From positions 512 through 64,511 of the forward strand of contig JBHHUM010000002.1 of NCBI GenBank assembly GCA_046861645.1: a stretch of 64,000 nucleotides of DNA, given 5' to 3'. The notes under the pieces are model-generated. The model ran no database searches, was not told where the DNA came from, and saw nothing but the letters and a program-made list of their open reading frames with translations. Shown piece after piece: positions 46,875-56,457 of this stretch. This stretch comes from Fidelibacterota bacterium (GTDB taxonomy: Bacteria; Fidelibacterota; Marinisomatia; Marinisomatales; UBA2128). Numbering within the stretch: the stretch's first letter is position 1; every line of letters begins with the position of its first letter. The position numbers were made by a program, and so were the translations under genes.

Positions 46875-49079
46875 ATGATCAAAAAGGTTATGTCGTTCTT
46901 AATGTTATATACATTGAGTGCTTTGAGTGCAGCTACCGTTTCCGGGTTTATTACTGATTATAACAGTCAGGAGCCCCTGGTAGGTGTGAATGTTTTTCTC
47001 AAGGATACTAATTTAGGAAGCGCTACAGACAGGTTCGGTTATTATGAAATAGCAGAAGTAGTTAAAGGCAAGTACAGCATCGTTGCTCAAATGATCGGAT
47101 ACGAAATGGTATCGAGTGAGATCATAATTACCGATAACGATAAAACTACTTGGAGTAGGGGACTGAAAAGTACAGTAGTCAACCTCCCCGAAGTGGCGGT
47201 CACCGGAGAAAAAATGATTGAGATTACCTCAGTCAGCGATATTTCGTTGTCACAGAGAATGATGGTTAATAAGCAGGGACATATGGAAGATCCAATTCAA
47301 GTGATACAAACCATGCCGGGTGTTACCGGGAATCAGGATCTGTTTTCACCATCGCAATTGTACATTCGTGGCGGTGGCCCGGATGAAAATCTATTCTTAC
47401 TTGATTGGGTCAAAGTGTATTGGCCATGGTATATGGGGGGCATAAAATCGATATTTAATTCAGATGTGATTGAGAAAATCGAGTTGCAAACTGGTGGCTT
47501 CCCGGCCAAATACGGAAATACTTTATCGTCTGTGTTAAATGTTACTACCCGGGAAGGAGATAGAGACCACTATTCGGGTAGTCTATCTCAAAGTTTTATG
47601 AATATGCAGGCAATGTTTGAGGGACCGTTAACGTCAAAAGGTTCCTTTTTAGCAACCAGTCGGAGAACCTATCTGGATTTGATTATGGATGAAAGCGCCG
47701 AATTTCCAATTACGAAATTTTCTGACCTTAATTTCAAAGTCGTTTATGATTTAAGAGAAGGTCAGAAATTGTCCTTGAACAGTTTTACCTCTAGTGAACA
47801 TACAGACTATCTGGCTGCTGATCCTGAACCTGGGGTTCCAGATAGAATCAAAGTCGGAAATAGCCTTACGGCACAAAGCTTGGAGTGGAACAGCGTCTGG
47901 AGCTCAAAGTTCTTTTCACGGGTGTCAGTACTATATTCCTACTCCGACGCATCAGTAGGAGTAGGACGAAATTTTGACATGAATATAAACGCCCGTGATT
48001 TTGGATTAAGAGAAGATAACGTCTGGGAATTTTCTCCTGTTCATGAATTGAAGACCGGGTTTGAACTTGCCCATACTATCTTCAGCTTAAATGCTAATAT
48101 GCCTTTGGATCCTAGAGTTGTGGATCCCACCGACACCACGGTGCAGATGGTTGACTATGATATTTCAGAAAATTCCTTTGCCGGGGGGGCATATCTTCAG
48201 GATACTTGGGATATCAATAAGAGGGTGATTGTCACCGGTGGAGTCAGGATGGATTATCTTTCTTATAATAAGATTACAGATGTGTCACCCCGATTTTCTA
48301 TGAAGTATCATCTATCTGGTAAGACAGGAATTCGATTGGCGTGGGGGAAATATTATCAGTTCCCACAACTTGAATTTCTATCTAAAGACAAAAGTCTGAA
48401 GTCAAAAATGGCAACTCATTATATCGTAGGATTGAGTCATTCCTTCAGTGAAGAGTTTAGTGGTTGGATGGAGGTTTATTATAAGAAATACGATCAATTA
48501 ATCACTATTGATACCCTTGAAAATCACACCAACGATGGTAAGGGCTACTCTAAAGGGGTAGAAATATTCCTGCAGAAGAGATTGGGTCGTTTTAATGGTT
48601 GGATCAGTTACGCTTTGTCAGAAGCAAAGAGGAAGGAATATATGCTCCCCAAGGAAGTCTATTTTGATTATGATAACCGACACATGTTGTCAACGGTTTT
48701 TCAATATGAGTTCCCTAATCCCGGGAAAATTATTCCGGCATTTTTCCAGGCTACGTTTCGTTACTCCAGTGGGACTCCCTATACACCTGTAATAGCAGCG
48801 GTACAGAATCAGACTGGTCAGTGGTATCCTGTCTATGGTGAAGATAATTCCAAACGATATGAGGCCTATCATAACCTTAATGTACGGTTTGGATGGAATT
48901 TTACAATAGCCGGTAAGTATAAGGCACAATCGTTTATGGAAATCTGGAATGTCTACAATCGGAAAAACATTTTGAGACAGTCTTATCAATATGGTGAGGA
49001 GTATCCTAATAATGTAAAAGTTACCCGCCAATACACAACCCCGTTTTTACCTGCGGGTGGGTTTATGATCATGTTTTAA
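46875..49079 (+). CDS. TonB-dependent receptor with CarboxypepD_reg-like N-terminal domain
   Basis: GFITDYNSQEPLVGVNVFLKDTNLGSATDRFGYYEI, a plug (DPIQVIQTMPGV), a long beta-barrel, and a terminal F. Confidence 0.8.
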   Translation: MIKKVMSFLMLYTLSALSAATVSGFITDYNSQEPLVGVNVFLKDTNLGSATDRFGYYEIAEVVKGKYSIVAQMIGYEMVSSEIIITDNDKTTWSRGLKSTVVNLPEVAVTGEKMIEITSVSDISLSQRMMVNKQGHMEDPIQVIQTMPGVTGNQDLFSPSQLYIRGGGPDENLFLLDWVKVYWPWYMGGIKSIFNSDVIEKIELQTGGFPAKYGNTLSSVLNVTTREGDRDHYSGSLSQSFMNMQAMFEGPLTSKGSFLATSRRTYLDLIMDESAEFPITKFSDLNFKVVYDLREGQKLSLNSFTSSEHTDYLAADPEPGVPDRIKVGNSLTAQSLEWNSVWSSKFFSRVSVLYSYSDASVGVGRNFDMNINARDFGLREDNVWEFSPVHELKTGFELAHTIFSLNANMPLDPRVVDPTDTTVQMVDYDISENSFAGGAYLQDTWDINKRVIVTGGVRMDYLSYNKITDVSPRFSMKYHLSGKTGIRLAWGKYYQFPQLEFLSKDKSLKSKMATHYIVGLSHSFSEEFSGWMEVYYKKYDQLITIDTLENHTNDGKGYSKGVEIFLQKRLGRFNGWISYALSEAKRKEYMLPKEVYFDYDNRHMLSTVFQYEFPNPGKIIPAFFQATFRYSSGTPYTPVIAAVQNQTGQWYPVYGEDNSKRYEAYHNLNVRFGWNFTIAGKYKAQSFMEIWNVYNRKNILRQSYQYGEEYPNNVKVTRQYTTPFLPAGGFMIMF

Positions 49080-49287
49080 ATAGATTGGCGATGTAGTTAA
49101 TGTTATACAGTTTACTGTTTTAATTGAGGAATCATTAACAGGGTACTTTATTTTGAGTATTAATTAAATCATGAGGAGTGCTGCACCTGTCCATGGGTTC
49201 TGGTGGGTGAACTAAACCGGCATTACTTCCACCAGGGAGTATGATTTCCGCTGAAACTTTCCCTTTCAGATTGGTAAGTTACCGCCC

Positions 49288-50070
49288 ATGGATAGAGAAC
49301 TCAAAACCGCTATTCGAGCAGCGGTAGAAGCAGGCGTCATCATCCTAAGGTATTATCAGTCTGACTATGAGATTCGGGATAAGGGTTACCATAATCCGGT
49401 CACTACGGCTGATCACGCTTCTAACGACCACTTAAGAGATGTGTTGACCAAAACTTTCCCTGATTATGGATGGTTCTCGGAGGAGACGGCTGATTCCACA
49501 GAGCGATTAGCAAAGGAACGTGTGTGGATTGTTGATCCATTGGATGGTACTAAAGAGTTTATTGAGGGTGTTCCCCATTTTGTTGTTAGCATTGCCCTGG
49601 TAGAAGATCATATTCCCATCCTTGGTGTTCTACATAATCCAGTCACCGGGGAAATGTTTTCTGCGCAGCGTGGAGAAGGTGCCTGGTTGGATGGAACAGT
49701 CATCCACTGTGTAACAAAACAGAACTCCAAAGATATGATAATTCTAAACAGTCGTTCGGAAACACGCCGAGGATTATGGAAGTCTTATGATACCAATTTT
49801 GGAGAGCTTCGAGCTGTGGGAAGTGTAGCCTACAAACTGGGACTTACGGCTGCCGGTAAAGCTGATGTTTTCGCTTCCCTGAGACCTAAAAATGAGTGGG
49901 ATATTTGCGCCGGGCATTGCATAATTGAGGCAGCAGGAGGTACGTTGGTAGATTTGCTGGGAAATTCAGTAACCTACAATAATAAAAATACGTTAATATC
50001 TCCAGGTCTGATTGCCGGTGATCCTGTTGCGGTAAATAAGGTTTTGCAAGTGTTTAAGGAATACACCTGA
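49288..50070 (+). CDS. inositol monophosphatase / CysQ-family phosphatase
   Basis: FSEET...[12 protein letters not shown]...[10 protein letters not shown]. Confidence 0.85.
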   Translation: MDRELKTAIRAAVEAGVIILRYYQSDYEIRDKGYHNPVTTADHASNDHLRDVLTKTFPDYGWFSEETADSTERLAKERVWIVDPLDGTKEFIEGVPHFVVSIALVEDHIPILGVLHNPVTGEMFSAQRGEGAWLDGTVIHCVTKQNSKDMIILNSRSETRRGLWKSYDTNFGELRAVGSVAYKLGLTAAGKADVFASLRPKNEWDICAGHCIIEAAGGTLVDLLGNSVTYNNKNTLISPGLIAGDPVAVNKVLQVFKEYT

Positions 50071-51047
50071 TGTCTGTTAATCCCACCTATCCTGAAGGAG
50101 CAATACCCTGTCTGGATCGAGGTTTCCTCCGTCTGGTGGACTGCATGGGGGGGGACGACGCTATCGTTCAGGCTGCCCGGGTTAGTTACGGTAAGGGAAC
50201 TAGAAAAGTATCTCAAGATCGCGGTCTCATTCGCTATTTAATGCGGCATCGGCACACAACTCCTTTTGAAATGGTAGAATTCAAATTTCACGCCAAAATG
50301 CCTATTTTTGTGGCCCGGCAGTGGGTCCGCCATCGAACTGCCAATATCAACGAGTACAGCCTTCGCTACTCTGAAGCCAGGGATGAATTTTATATTCCAG
50401 ATAAAAAGCACATTCTTTTCCAGAGTAAACTAAACAAACAGGGACGTAGTGGTAATGTTCCTGAGAACCTTAAGAAGAAGGTGCAGGAATATTTTCGGGA
50501 AATATCCACAAGATCTTACGTTATTTACTCCGAATTGAACGAAGCTGGAATCGCCCGGGAGCTGGCACGGGCTGTCTTGCCAGTAAATCTTTATACGGAA
50601 TGGTACTGGAAAAACGATCTACACAACATCCTCCATTTCCTGAGCTTGCGTTTAGATACTCATGCCCAGTTTGAAATTCGGGTGTATGCAGAGGCTATGG
50701 CTGCTATCGTTAAGGAGATAGCTCCCTTTGCTTTTGAAGCTTTTGAGGATTACGTATTAGGTGGTATGCGGTTTTCCAGTATTGAACAAGCTCTCTTGGC
50801 AGAAAAACTACCTGCAGGTGTGATAGATGACCTTTTAAGTGATGTCATTTACTCCATTGTAGCAACTCTCCACCATAACAAACCACGGAATGAAGATGAA
50901 CTCTATCCACTTTATATTAGAAATGGTGGACAGGATAGCGAGGAATATTTTCAGCTAAAATGGACAGCAGGAGATATCGCAACAGGGAATGTTCGTGAAC
51001 TCCGGGAATTCAAGGCCAAGCTGGAGGGATTTCAAAACAGTCGCTGA
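50070..51047 (+). CDS. thyX: FAD-dependent thymidylate synthase
   Basis: ThyX motif [15 protein letters not shown], preceded by [10 protein letters not shown]. Shares 1 nt (TGATG) with the CysQ-like gene. 325 aa. Confidence 0.9.
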   Translation: MSVNPTYPEGAIPCLDRGFLRLVDCMGGDDAIVQAARVSYGKGTRKVSQDRGLIRYLMRHRHTTPFEMVEFKFHAKMPIFVARQWVRHRTANINEYSLRYSEARDEFYIPDKKHILFQSKLNKQGRSGNVPENLKKKVQEYFREISTRSYVIYSELNEAGIARELARAVLPVNLYTEWYWKNDLHNILHFLSLRLDTHAQFEIRVYAEAMAAIVKEIAPFAFEAFEDYVLGGMRFSSIEQALLAEKLPAGVIDDLLSDVIYSIVATLHHNKPRNEDELYPLYIRNGGQDSEEYFQLKWTAGDIATGNVRELREFKAKLEGFQNSR

Positions 51048-51219
51048 GTCTTAATGAGCAGGAGTATTTATTAGCCGAATCAATTTAATAATGTTTCTTT
51101 GTGGATGGTAAGTGTCTTAGTGAAGTTCAACGGTTATCCCGGATTTAGTTGATTTTAATGAATACTTTAGAGAATGGAATAATACACCTGGAATTGTCAC
51201 ATTAAATAGGAGATTCTCT

Positions 51220-51909
51220 ATGGACTCTATTTCTCAGCGGCAAAATGGCGAAGGACACCGGCAGCGTCTGCGGGAAAAGTTTCTGAATTCGGGCTTGGAA
51301 GGATTCCATGATTATGAAATAGTTGAGTTGCTCCTTACTCTTGGAACTCCTCGTAAGGATTGTAAAATACCTGCTAAAGAAGCCCTCAAGAAATTTGGTT
51401 CCCTGCGTGGTATTCTGGAGGCTCCTGCGGACGAGCTGACAACTCTACCGGGGATTGGTGTTAAAAACGTTTTTGGTCTGAAATTGGCACAGGCTATTGC
51501 TCTTCGCTACCTGAATGATAGAGTAATGGGTGAAGACTTCCTACGTTCATCTGAGGAAGTGATGAATTATCTTCGGCTTAACCTGCGAGATAGGAAACGG
51601 GAAGTATTTCTGGTGATCTTCCTCAATGGGCGCAACCAGATCACCGCCATGGAAGAGTTGTTTGTAGGCACCCTGACCACATCGGCTGTCTATCCCCGTG
51701 AAGTCATTGATCGAACCTTGAAAAACAAAGCAGCAGCTCTCGTGCTGGTACATAATCATCCTTCAGGAAGCCCGCAACCATCAAAGGAGGATTTGGATAT
51801 CACCAGGAGGCTGAAAGAGGCCACCGCTGCTATCGACGTTACTATTCATGATCATATTATTATAGCTGGCGATATATTTTACTCTTTTGCTGATCACGGA
51901 GTCTTGTAG
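51220..51909 (+). CDS. radC: RadC-family JAB/MPN domain protein
   Basis: HhH region (LPGIGVKN) and JAMM motif VHNHPSGSPQPSKEDLDIT. Confidence 0.88.
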   Translation: MDSISQRQNGEGHRQRLREKFLNSGLEGFHDYEIVELLLTLGTPRKDCKIPAKEALKKFGSLRGILEAPADELTTLPGIGVKNVFGLKLAQAIALRYLNDRVMGEDFLRSSEEVMNYLRLNLRDRKREVFLVIFLNGRNQITAMEELFVGTLTTSAVYPREVIDRTLKNKAAALVLVHNHPSGSPQPSKEDLDITRRLKEATAAIDVTIHDHIIIAGDIFYSFADHGVL

Positions 51910-52075
51910 GTGTGGTGTTGAACTGAGCCGTAAGAACAAAACTCATTAAGGAGATATCATTGGTTAGGAGTCCCTGAAGGAGGGGATACAGAGGATTGTG
52001 GAATTGGACAAAGTTTGGACCTATTATATTGCATGATATTTCAACAGTATTGATGGTCACAATTTTTATTCGCTC

Positions 52076-54046
52076 ATGCAGAATCTCATAGAGAAAATAG
52101 CCCAACTCTTTGCTGTTGAACTGGAACCAGGACAGGAAGTCCGTAGCGGTGACTATATATCAATTCAGCCAGCTCATGTGTTGACCCATGATAATACTGG
52201 AGCTGTGATGAACAAGTTCCGTTCTATTGGAGCACAAAGGATAGCGAATCCCCGCCAGCCAGTTTTTGCACTCGATCACAACATTCAGGATGAAAGCGAA
52301 GAGAACCGGAAAAAATATGATCGGATTGAGCAGTTTGCTACGGACATGGGTGTAGACTTTTTCCCCGCCGGTCGTGGTATTGGACACCAGATCATCTGTG
52401 AAGAAGGATATGCCTGGCCCGGGACGTTGGTGGTAGCATCGGACAGTCATGCTAATATGTATGGTGGACTGGGCTGCCTGGGAACTCCCGTTGTTCGAAC
52501 TGATGCGGCAGCTATTTGGGCGACAGGGCAGACTTGGTGGCAGGTTCCACCGGTGGTAAGAGTTGAGCTTTTAGGTGAACTACCCCATGAAGTTACGGGT
52601 AAGGATGTAATTATCACCTTATGTGGTATGTTTAACAATGATGAGGTATTGAACCATGCCTTGGAATTTACAGGTGATGGAATTGCTGGCTTGTCCATAG
52701 AAGGTCGTTTAACAATTGCCAATATGTCAACAGAATGGGGAGCTTTGGCTGGTGTATTTCCTGTTGATGCAGTTACTTTAAAGTGGTTGAGAACCCGAAT
52801 AACCTTTATCGGGAAGAGGGGTTTAACCGGAATGCTGGCTGGCAAAGACACAAAAAACACTCACCCCCGTCTGAATGAGGATCATCTTGAGGAACTGGTA
52901 GCCAATATCATAAAGCCAGATCAAGGTGCGTTTTATGCTGCTGAAATTACTCTTGATTTAACTACAATCCGTCCTCATTGTGCTGGACCGGATAATGTAA
53001 AGACCATATCTCCTGTGGTTGAGATGGGGAACAAGGGAGTCAAAATAGATAAAGCCTATCTGGTTTCTTGTGTGAACAGTCGGGTAAGCGATCTTGCCGA
53101 GGCTGCTGAAGTGGTGCGTGGGAAGAAGGTAAATGCTCAAGTTGATTTTTACATTGCGGCAGCTTCCAGTGAGGTTTTAGCAGAGAGCAAGCGACGGGGA
53201 GATTGGCAAACACTTTTGGATGCGGGAGCGACGCCATTACCTTCAGGATGTGGACCGTGTATTGGATTGGGGATCGGTTTGCTAGAAGACGGTGAGGTTG
53301 GTATCTCGGCTACGAATCGCAACTTTAAAGGTCGAATGGGCTCTCGCCATGCTATGGTTTACTTAGCGTCGCCAGCAGTGGTAGCGGCATCGGCAATATC
53401 AGGGGAAATTACTGCACCTGTTGAATACGAAGTAGTAACAGTGAAAGGAACGTATAGGAAAAATGAAAGATCACCTGTTGAAAGTCCTCAAATAGGTATA
53501 TTAAATGGGTTTCCCGAGAAACTCATTGGTCAGTTAATTTTTTGTCCTCAGGACAATCTTAATACAGATGGTATCTTTCCGGGTAAGTATACCTATATAG
53601 ATGATTTTCCCCCTGAAGCAATGGCCAGAGTGGTGATGAAGAATTATGATCCTTCCTTTGGTGATCTGGTTCAGAAAGGAGATATTCTGGTAGGTGGATA
53701 TAATTTTGGAACTGGTAGTTCCCGGGAACAGGCTGCTACTGCTCTGAAATATTGCGGTATCCAGGGAGTGATTGCAGGGTCCTTCAGCCAAACCTATGCT
53801 CGAAATGCCCTTAATAACGGTTTTATGCTCCTTCAGTCTCCTGAATTAGTGGATGAACTGAAAAGACGGTTAGGAGATAAAGTATCTACGATACGACCTG
53901 GATTGGAACTGATTGTAGATTTTGTAGTGGCAAAAGTGCAGCTTGGAGGACAAGAATTTTCCTCCAGCATAATTGGTAAAACTGCCCAGGAACTGATCCT
54001 TGTGGGAGGACTGGAAGCGTGGGTAGGAAGAAAACTGTCATCATGA
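52076..54046 (+). CDS. aconitase-superfamily hydro-lyase with fused large and small (swivel) domains (homoaconitase / isopropylmalate-isomerase-like)
   Basis: ASDSHANMYGG, GCGPCIGLG, SATNRNFKGRMG, and the swivel domain GGYNFGTGSSREQAA, all in one 656-aa chain. Confidence 0.8.
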   Translation: MQNLIEKIAQLFAVELEPGQEVRSGDYISIQPAHVLTHDNTGAVMNKFRSIGAQRIANPRQPVFALDHNIQDESEENRKKYDRIEQFATDMGVDFFPAGRGIGHQIICEEGYAWPGTLVVASDSHANMYGGLGCLGTPVVRTDAAAIWATGQTWWQVPPVVRVELLGELPHEVTGKDVIITLCGMFNNDEVLNHALEFTGDGIAGLSIEGRLTIANMSTEWGALAGVFPVDAVTLKWLRTRITFIGKRGLTGMLAGKDTKNTHPRLNEDHLEELVANIIKPDQGAFYAAEITLDLTTIRPHCAGPDNVKTISPVVEMGNKGVKIDKAYLVSCVNSRVSDLAEAAEVVRGKKVNAQVDFYIAAASSEVLAESKRRGDWQTLLDAGATPLPSGCGPCIGLGIGLLEDGEVGISATNRNFKGRMGSRHAMVYLASPAVVAASAISGEITAPVEYEVVTVKGTYRKNERSPVESPQIGILNGFPEKLIGQLIFCPQDNLNTDGIFPGKYTYIDDFPPEAMARVVMKNYDPSFGDLVQKGDILVGGYNFGTGSSREQAATALKYCGIQGVIAGSFSQTYARNALNNGFMLLQSPELVDELKRRLGDKVSTIRPGLELIVDFVVAKVQLGGQEFSSSIIGKTAQELILVGGLEAWVGRKLSS

Positions 54047-55245
54047 ATAGTATCACTAAGTTTTTACTCCATCATTTTATACCCACTACTGATCAGTACG
54101 AATCATCCCAAATGATCCGGGAAAATATCTCTGTCCGCAATCAAGTGGGGACTTTTGAAGGGTGGTTTTCTGCAGTCATAAACATCATCGTATTTGTAGT
54201 AAAGTTAGCGATTGCTCTGTCAGTCAATAGTATTGCTCTTTTAGCCGATGCCTTCCATTCTCTTTTGGATTGTTTAAGCTCGCTGGTCATTATTTTCAGT
54301 TTTAAGGTAACCAACAAGCCAGCTGATGTTGAGCATCCTTATGGACATGGACGGGCTGAATACATTGCTACCTTGATACTATCAATGTTGATCGTGGTAA
54401 CCGGTGTTGAGATGATTAGATCATCCGCAAGTCGAGTAGAAGCACCGGCCATTTCAGAATCCACACCTTTATTTATAATCATAATTTTGATTACAGTGGT
54501 GATAAAGGAAATCTTAGCACGGATTTCTGGTGATTTGGGGCAGCTAATTGAATCTGATGCTTTAAAGGCTGATGCTTGGCACCACCGTTCCGATGTCTTT
54601 GCTTCATTACTAGCAGTTGCTTCAATGATTCTGGCGAATTACAGTCTGCAAACCTGGGATGGAATACTTGGAATAGGTGTAGGTATTTTCATTATCTGGA
54701 CGGGTTATTCATTGAGTAGGGATGCTATCGACACCTTATTGGGGAAACCACCCACCCCCCAGCTGTTAGAAAATATCCGAAATACCGCCACTGAAGTGAA
54801 TGGAATTCTAAATGCTCATGATATAATAGTACACAGCTATGGAACTCAACGTTTCATTTCTCTACATCTGGAAGTAGATGAAGAGGTAAGTCAGCTTGAG
54901 GCACATGACCTTGCCGAGGAGGCTATGTTTGTCCTGGAAAGAACTTTCAATGCCAATGTCACCGTTCATATGGATCCCACAACTACCCAGGGTGAACAAG
55001 TTGAGGAGATTAAACATTTTCTACAGGGCCTGGTAGATGCGAATGATAGGATCGATTCGATTCATGACTTTCGGTTGGTTCAGACTGGAGAGCACAATAT
55101 AATACTCCTAGACTTAGCGGTAGCTACAGCGGTGCCGACATTGGAAATTGAAAGTATTAAAAATGCTTTTAGCGAGGCTTTGCATGAGAGATTTCCTGAT
55201 TTTAATTCGCAGATCAATATTATTACTCCCATCGTTAGTATTTAA
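54043..55245 (+). CDS. cation diffusion facilitator transporter
   Basis: Start moved to ATG 54043 (ATGA overlap). HSLLDCLS and HHRSD metal-site motifs, six TM helices, C-terminal cytoplasmic domain. Confidence 0.85.
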   Translation: MNSITKFLLHHFIPTTDQYESSQMIRENISVRNQVGTFEGWFSAVINIIVFVVKLAIALSVNSIALLADAFHSLLDCLSSLVIIFSFKVTNKPADVEHPYGHGRAEYIATLILSMLIVVTGVEMIRSSASRVEAPAISESTPLFIIIILITVVIKEILARISGDLGQLIESDALKADAWHHRSDVFASLLAVASMILANYSLQTWDGILGIGVGIFIIWTGYSLSRDAIDTLLGKPPTPQLLENIRNTATEVNGILNAHDIIVHSYGTQRFISLHLEVDEEVSQLEAHDLAEEAMFVLERTFNANVTVHMDPTTTQGEQVEEIKHFLQGLVDANDRIDSIHDFRLVQTGEHNIILLDLAVATAVPTLEIESIKNAFSEALHERFPDFNSQINIITPIVSI

Positions 55246-55310
55246 CTTTAACGGACAGTAAATTCACCGACCATAATTTTGTCATATGAAACTCGATTAG
55301 GAGAATTCTG

Positions 55311-56429
55311 ATGGCTCAATATAGAGTTGCCTGGTTACCAGGGGATGGAGTCGGTAATGAGGTAATGGAATGTGCCCGTATTGTACTTGACCGGCTTGGG
55401 CTTGACGCAGAATACGTCCAGGGTGATATTGGGTGGGAATTCTGGAAGTCAGAGGGTGAAGCCCTACCAGAGCGCACAAAAGAAATGATGAAGACAACCG
55501 ATTGTGCCCTTTTCGGAGCCATAACATCCAAACCCAAGGAAGAGGCGGCTAAGGAATTAGCACCTGAACTGCAGGACAAAGGATTTGTCTATTTCTCGCC
55601 TATCGTGAAGCTCCGGCAGGAGTTCAACCTCCACACCAACTTGCGCCCCTGCAAAGCTTATCCCGGTAATCCCCTCAACTACAAAGACGAAATTGACATC
55701 GCCATCTTCCGCGAAAATACGGAAGGGATGTACGGAGGAGTAGAATTTTTCCCCCTTCCACAGGAAGTCTTTAATGCTCTTGATGCCAATCATCCCAAGA
55801 TGAAGAAATTTGATCAATACGGTGTGGAAAACATAGCCATATCCACACGCATCATGACGAAACAAGGGTGTGAGAGTATAGTGACGCAAGCATTTGAGTA
55901 CGCTCAGAAATTCGGCAGAAAGTCTGTGACAGTGGTGGACAAGCCGAACGTCCTTAGAGAAACAGGTGGACTGATGATACGGACTGCTCGGGAGGTAGCG
56001 AAAAAATATCCCAGCATCGAGCTGTGGGAGACGAATATCGATGCTCAGTGTATGTGGCTCGTCAAGAATCCTGAAGACTACGAGGTGATAGTGGCAGAGA
56101 ACATGTTCGGCGATATTCTCTCCGATCTGGCTGCTCAACTCGTCGGCGGGTTGGGATTTGCCTGTTCCGCTAACATCGGTGACGAGTACGCTGTCTTTGA
56201 ACCCACTCATGGTTCAGCTCCCAAATATTTTGGTCAGTATAAGGTGAACCCCACGGCTATGATTCTCACCGCAAAGATGATGCTGGACTGGCTGGGCGAA
56301 TCAGACATGGCTGACAGACTGGAAAAGGCTGTTGCAGAGGTTATCGCTGAGCGGAAGGTGGGGACGTATGACGTGGGTCTGGATAATACAAGTCTTGAAG
56401 TGGCTGAGGAAGTAGCTGCTAAACTGTAA
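55311..56429 (+). CDS. isocitrate / homoisocitrate / isopropylmalate dehydrogenase-family enzyme
   Basis: PGDGVGNEV, NLRPCK, FRENTEGMY, NMFGDILSD, EPTHGSAP. Confidence 0.85.
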   Translation: MAQYRVAWLPGDGVGNEVMECARIVLDRLGLDAEYVQGDIGWEFWKSEGEALPERTKEMMKTTDCALFGAITSKPKEEAAKELAPELQDKGFVYFSPIVKLRQEFNLHTNLRPCKAYPGNPLNYKDEIDIAIFRENTEGMYGGVEFFPLPQEVFNALDANHPKMKKFDQYGVENIAISTRIMTKQGCESIVTQAFEYAQKFGRKSVTVVDKPNVLRETGGLMIRTAREVAKKYPSIELWETNIDAQCMWLVKNPEDYEVIVAENMFGDILSDLAAQLVGGLGFACSANIGDEYAVFEPTHGSAPKYFGQYKVNPTAMILTAKMMLDWLGESDMADRLEKAVAEVIAERKVGTYDVGLDNTSLEVAEEVAAKL

Positions 56430-56457
56430 TGTAACCAGTGCAGCCCCAGATTTACCC

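Noticed and set aside
55557-56210. Long antisense or alternative-frame ORFs inside well-supported genes: 55557..56210, 57312..57878, 32684..33214, 10490..11011, 11211..11732, 13954..14433, 15525..15974, 3630..4052 and 52447..52860.
   Set aside because: Each lies entirely within a gene whose product has clear family motifs. Their translations are low-complexity or Arg/Ser/Pro-rich and carry no motifs. These are typical shadow ORFs.
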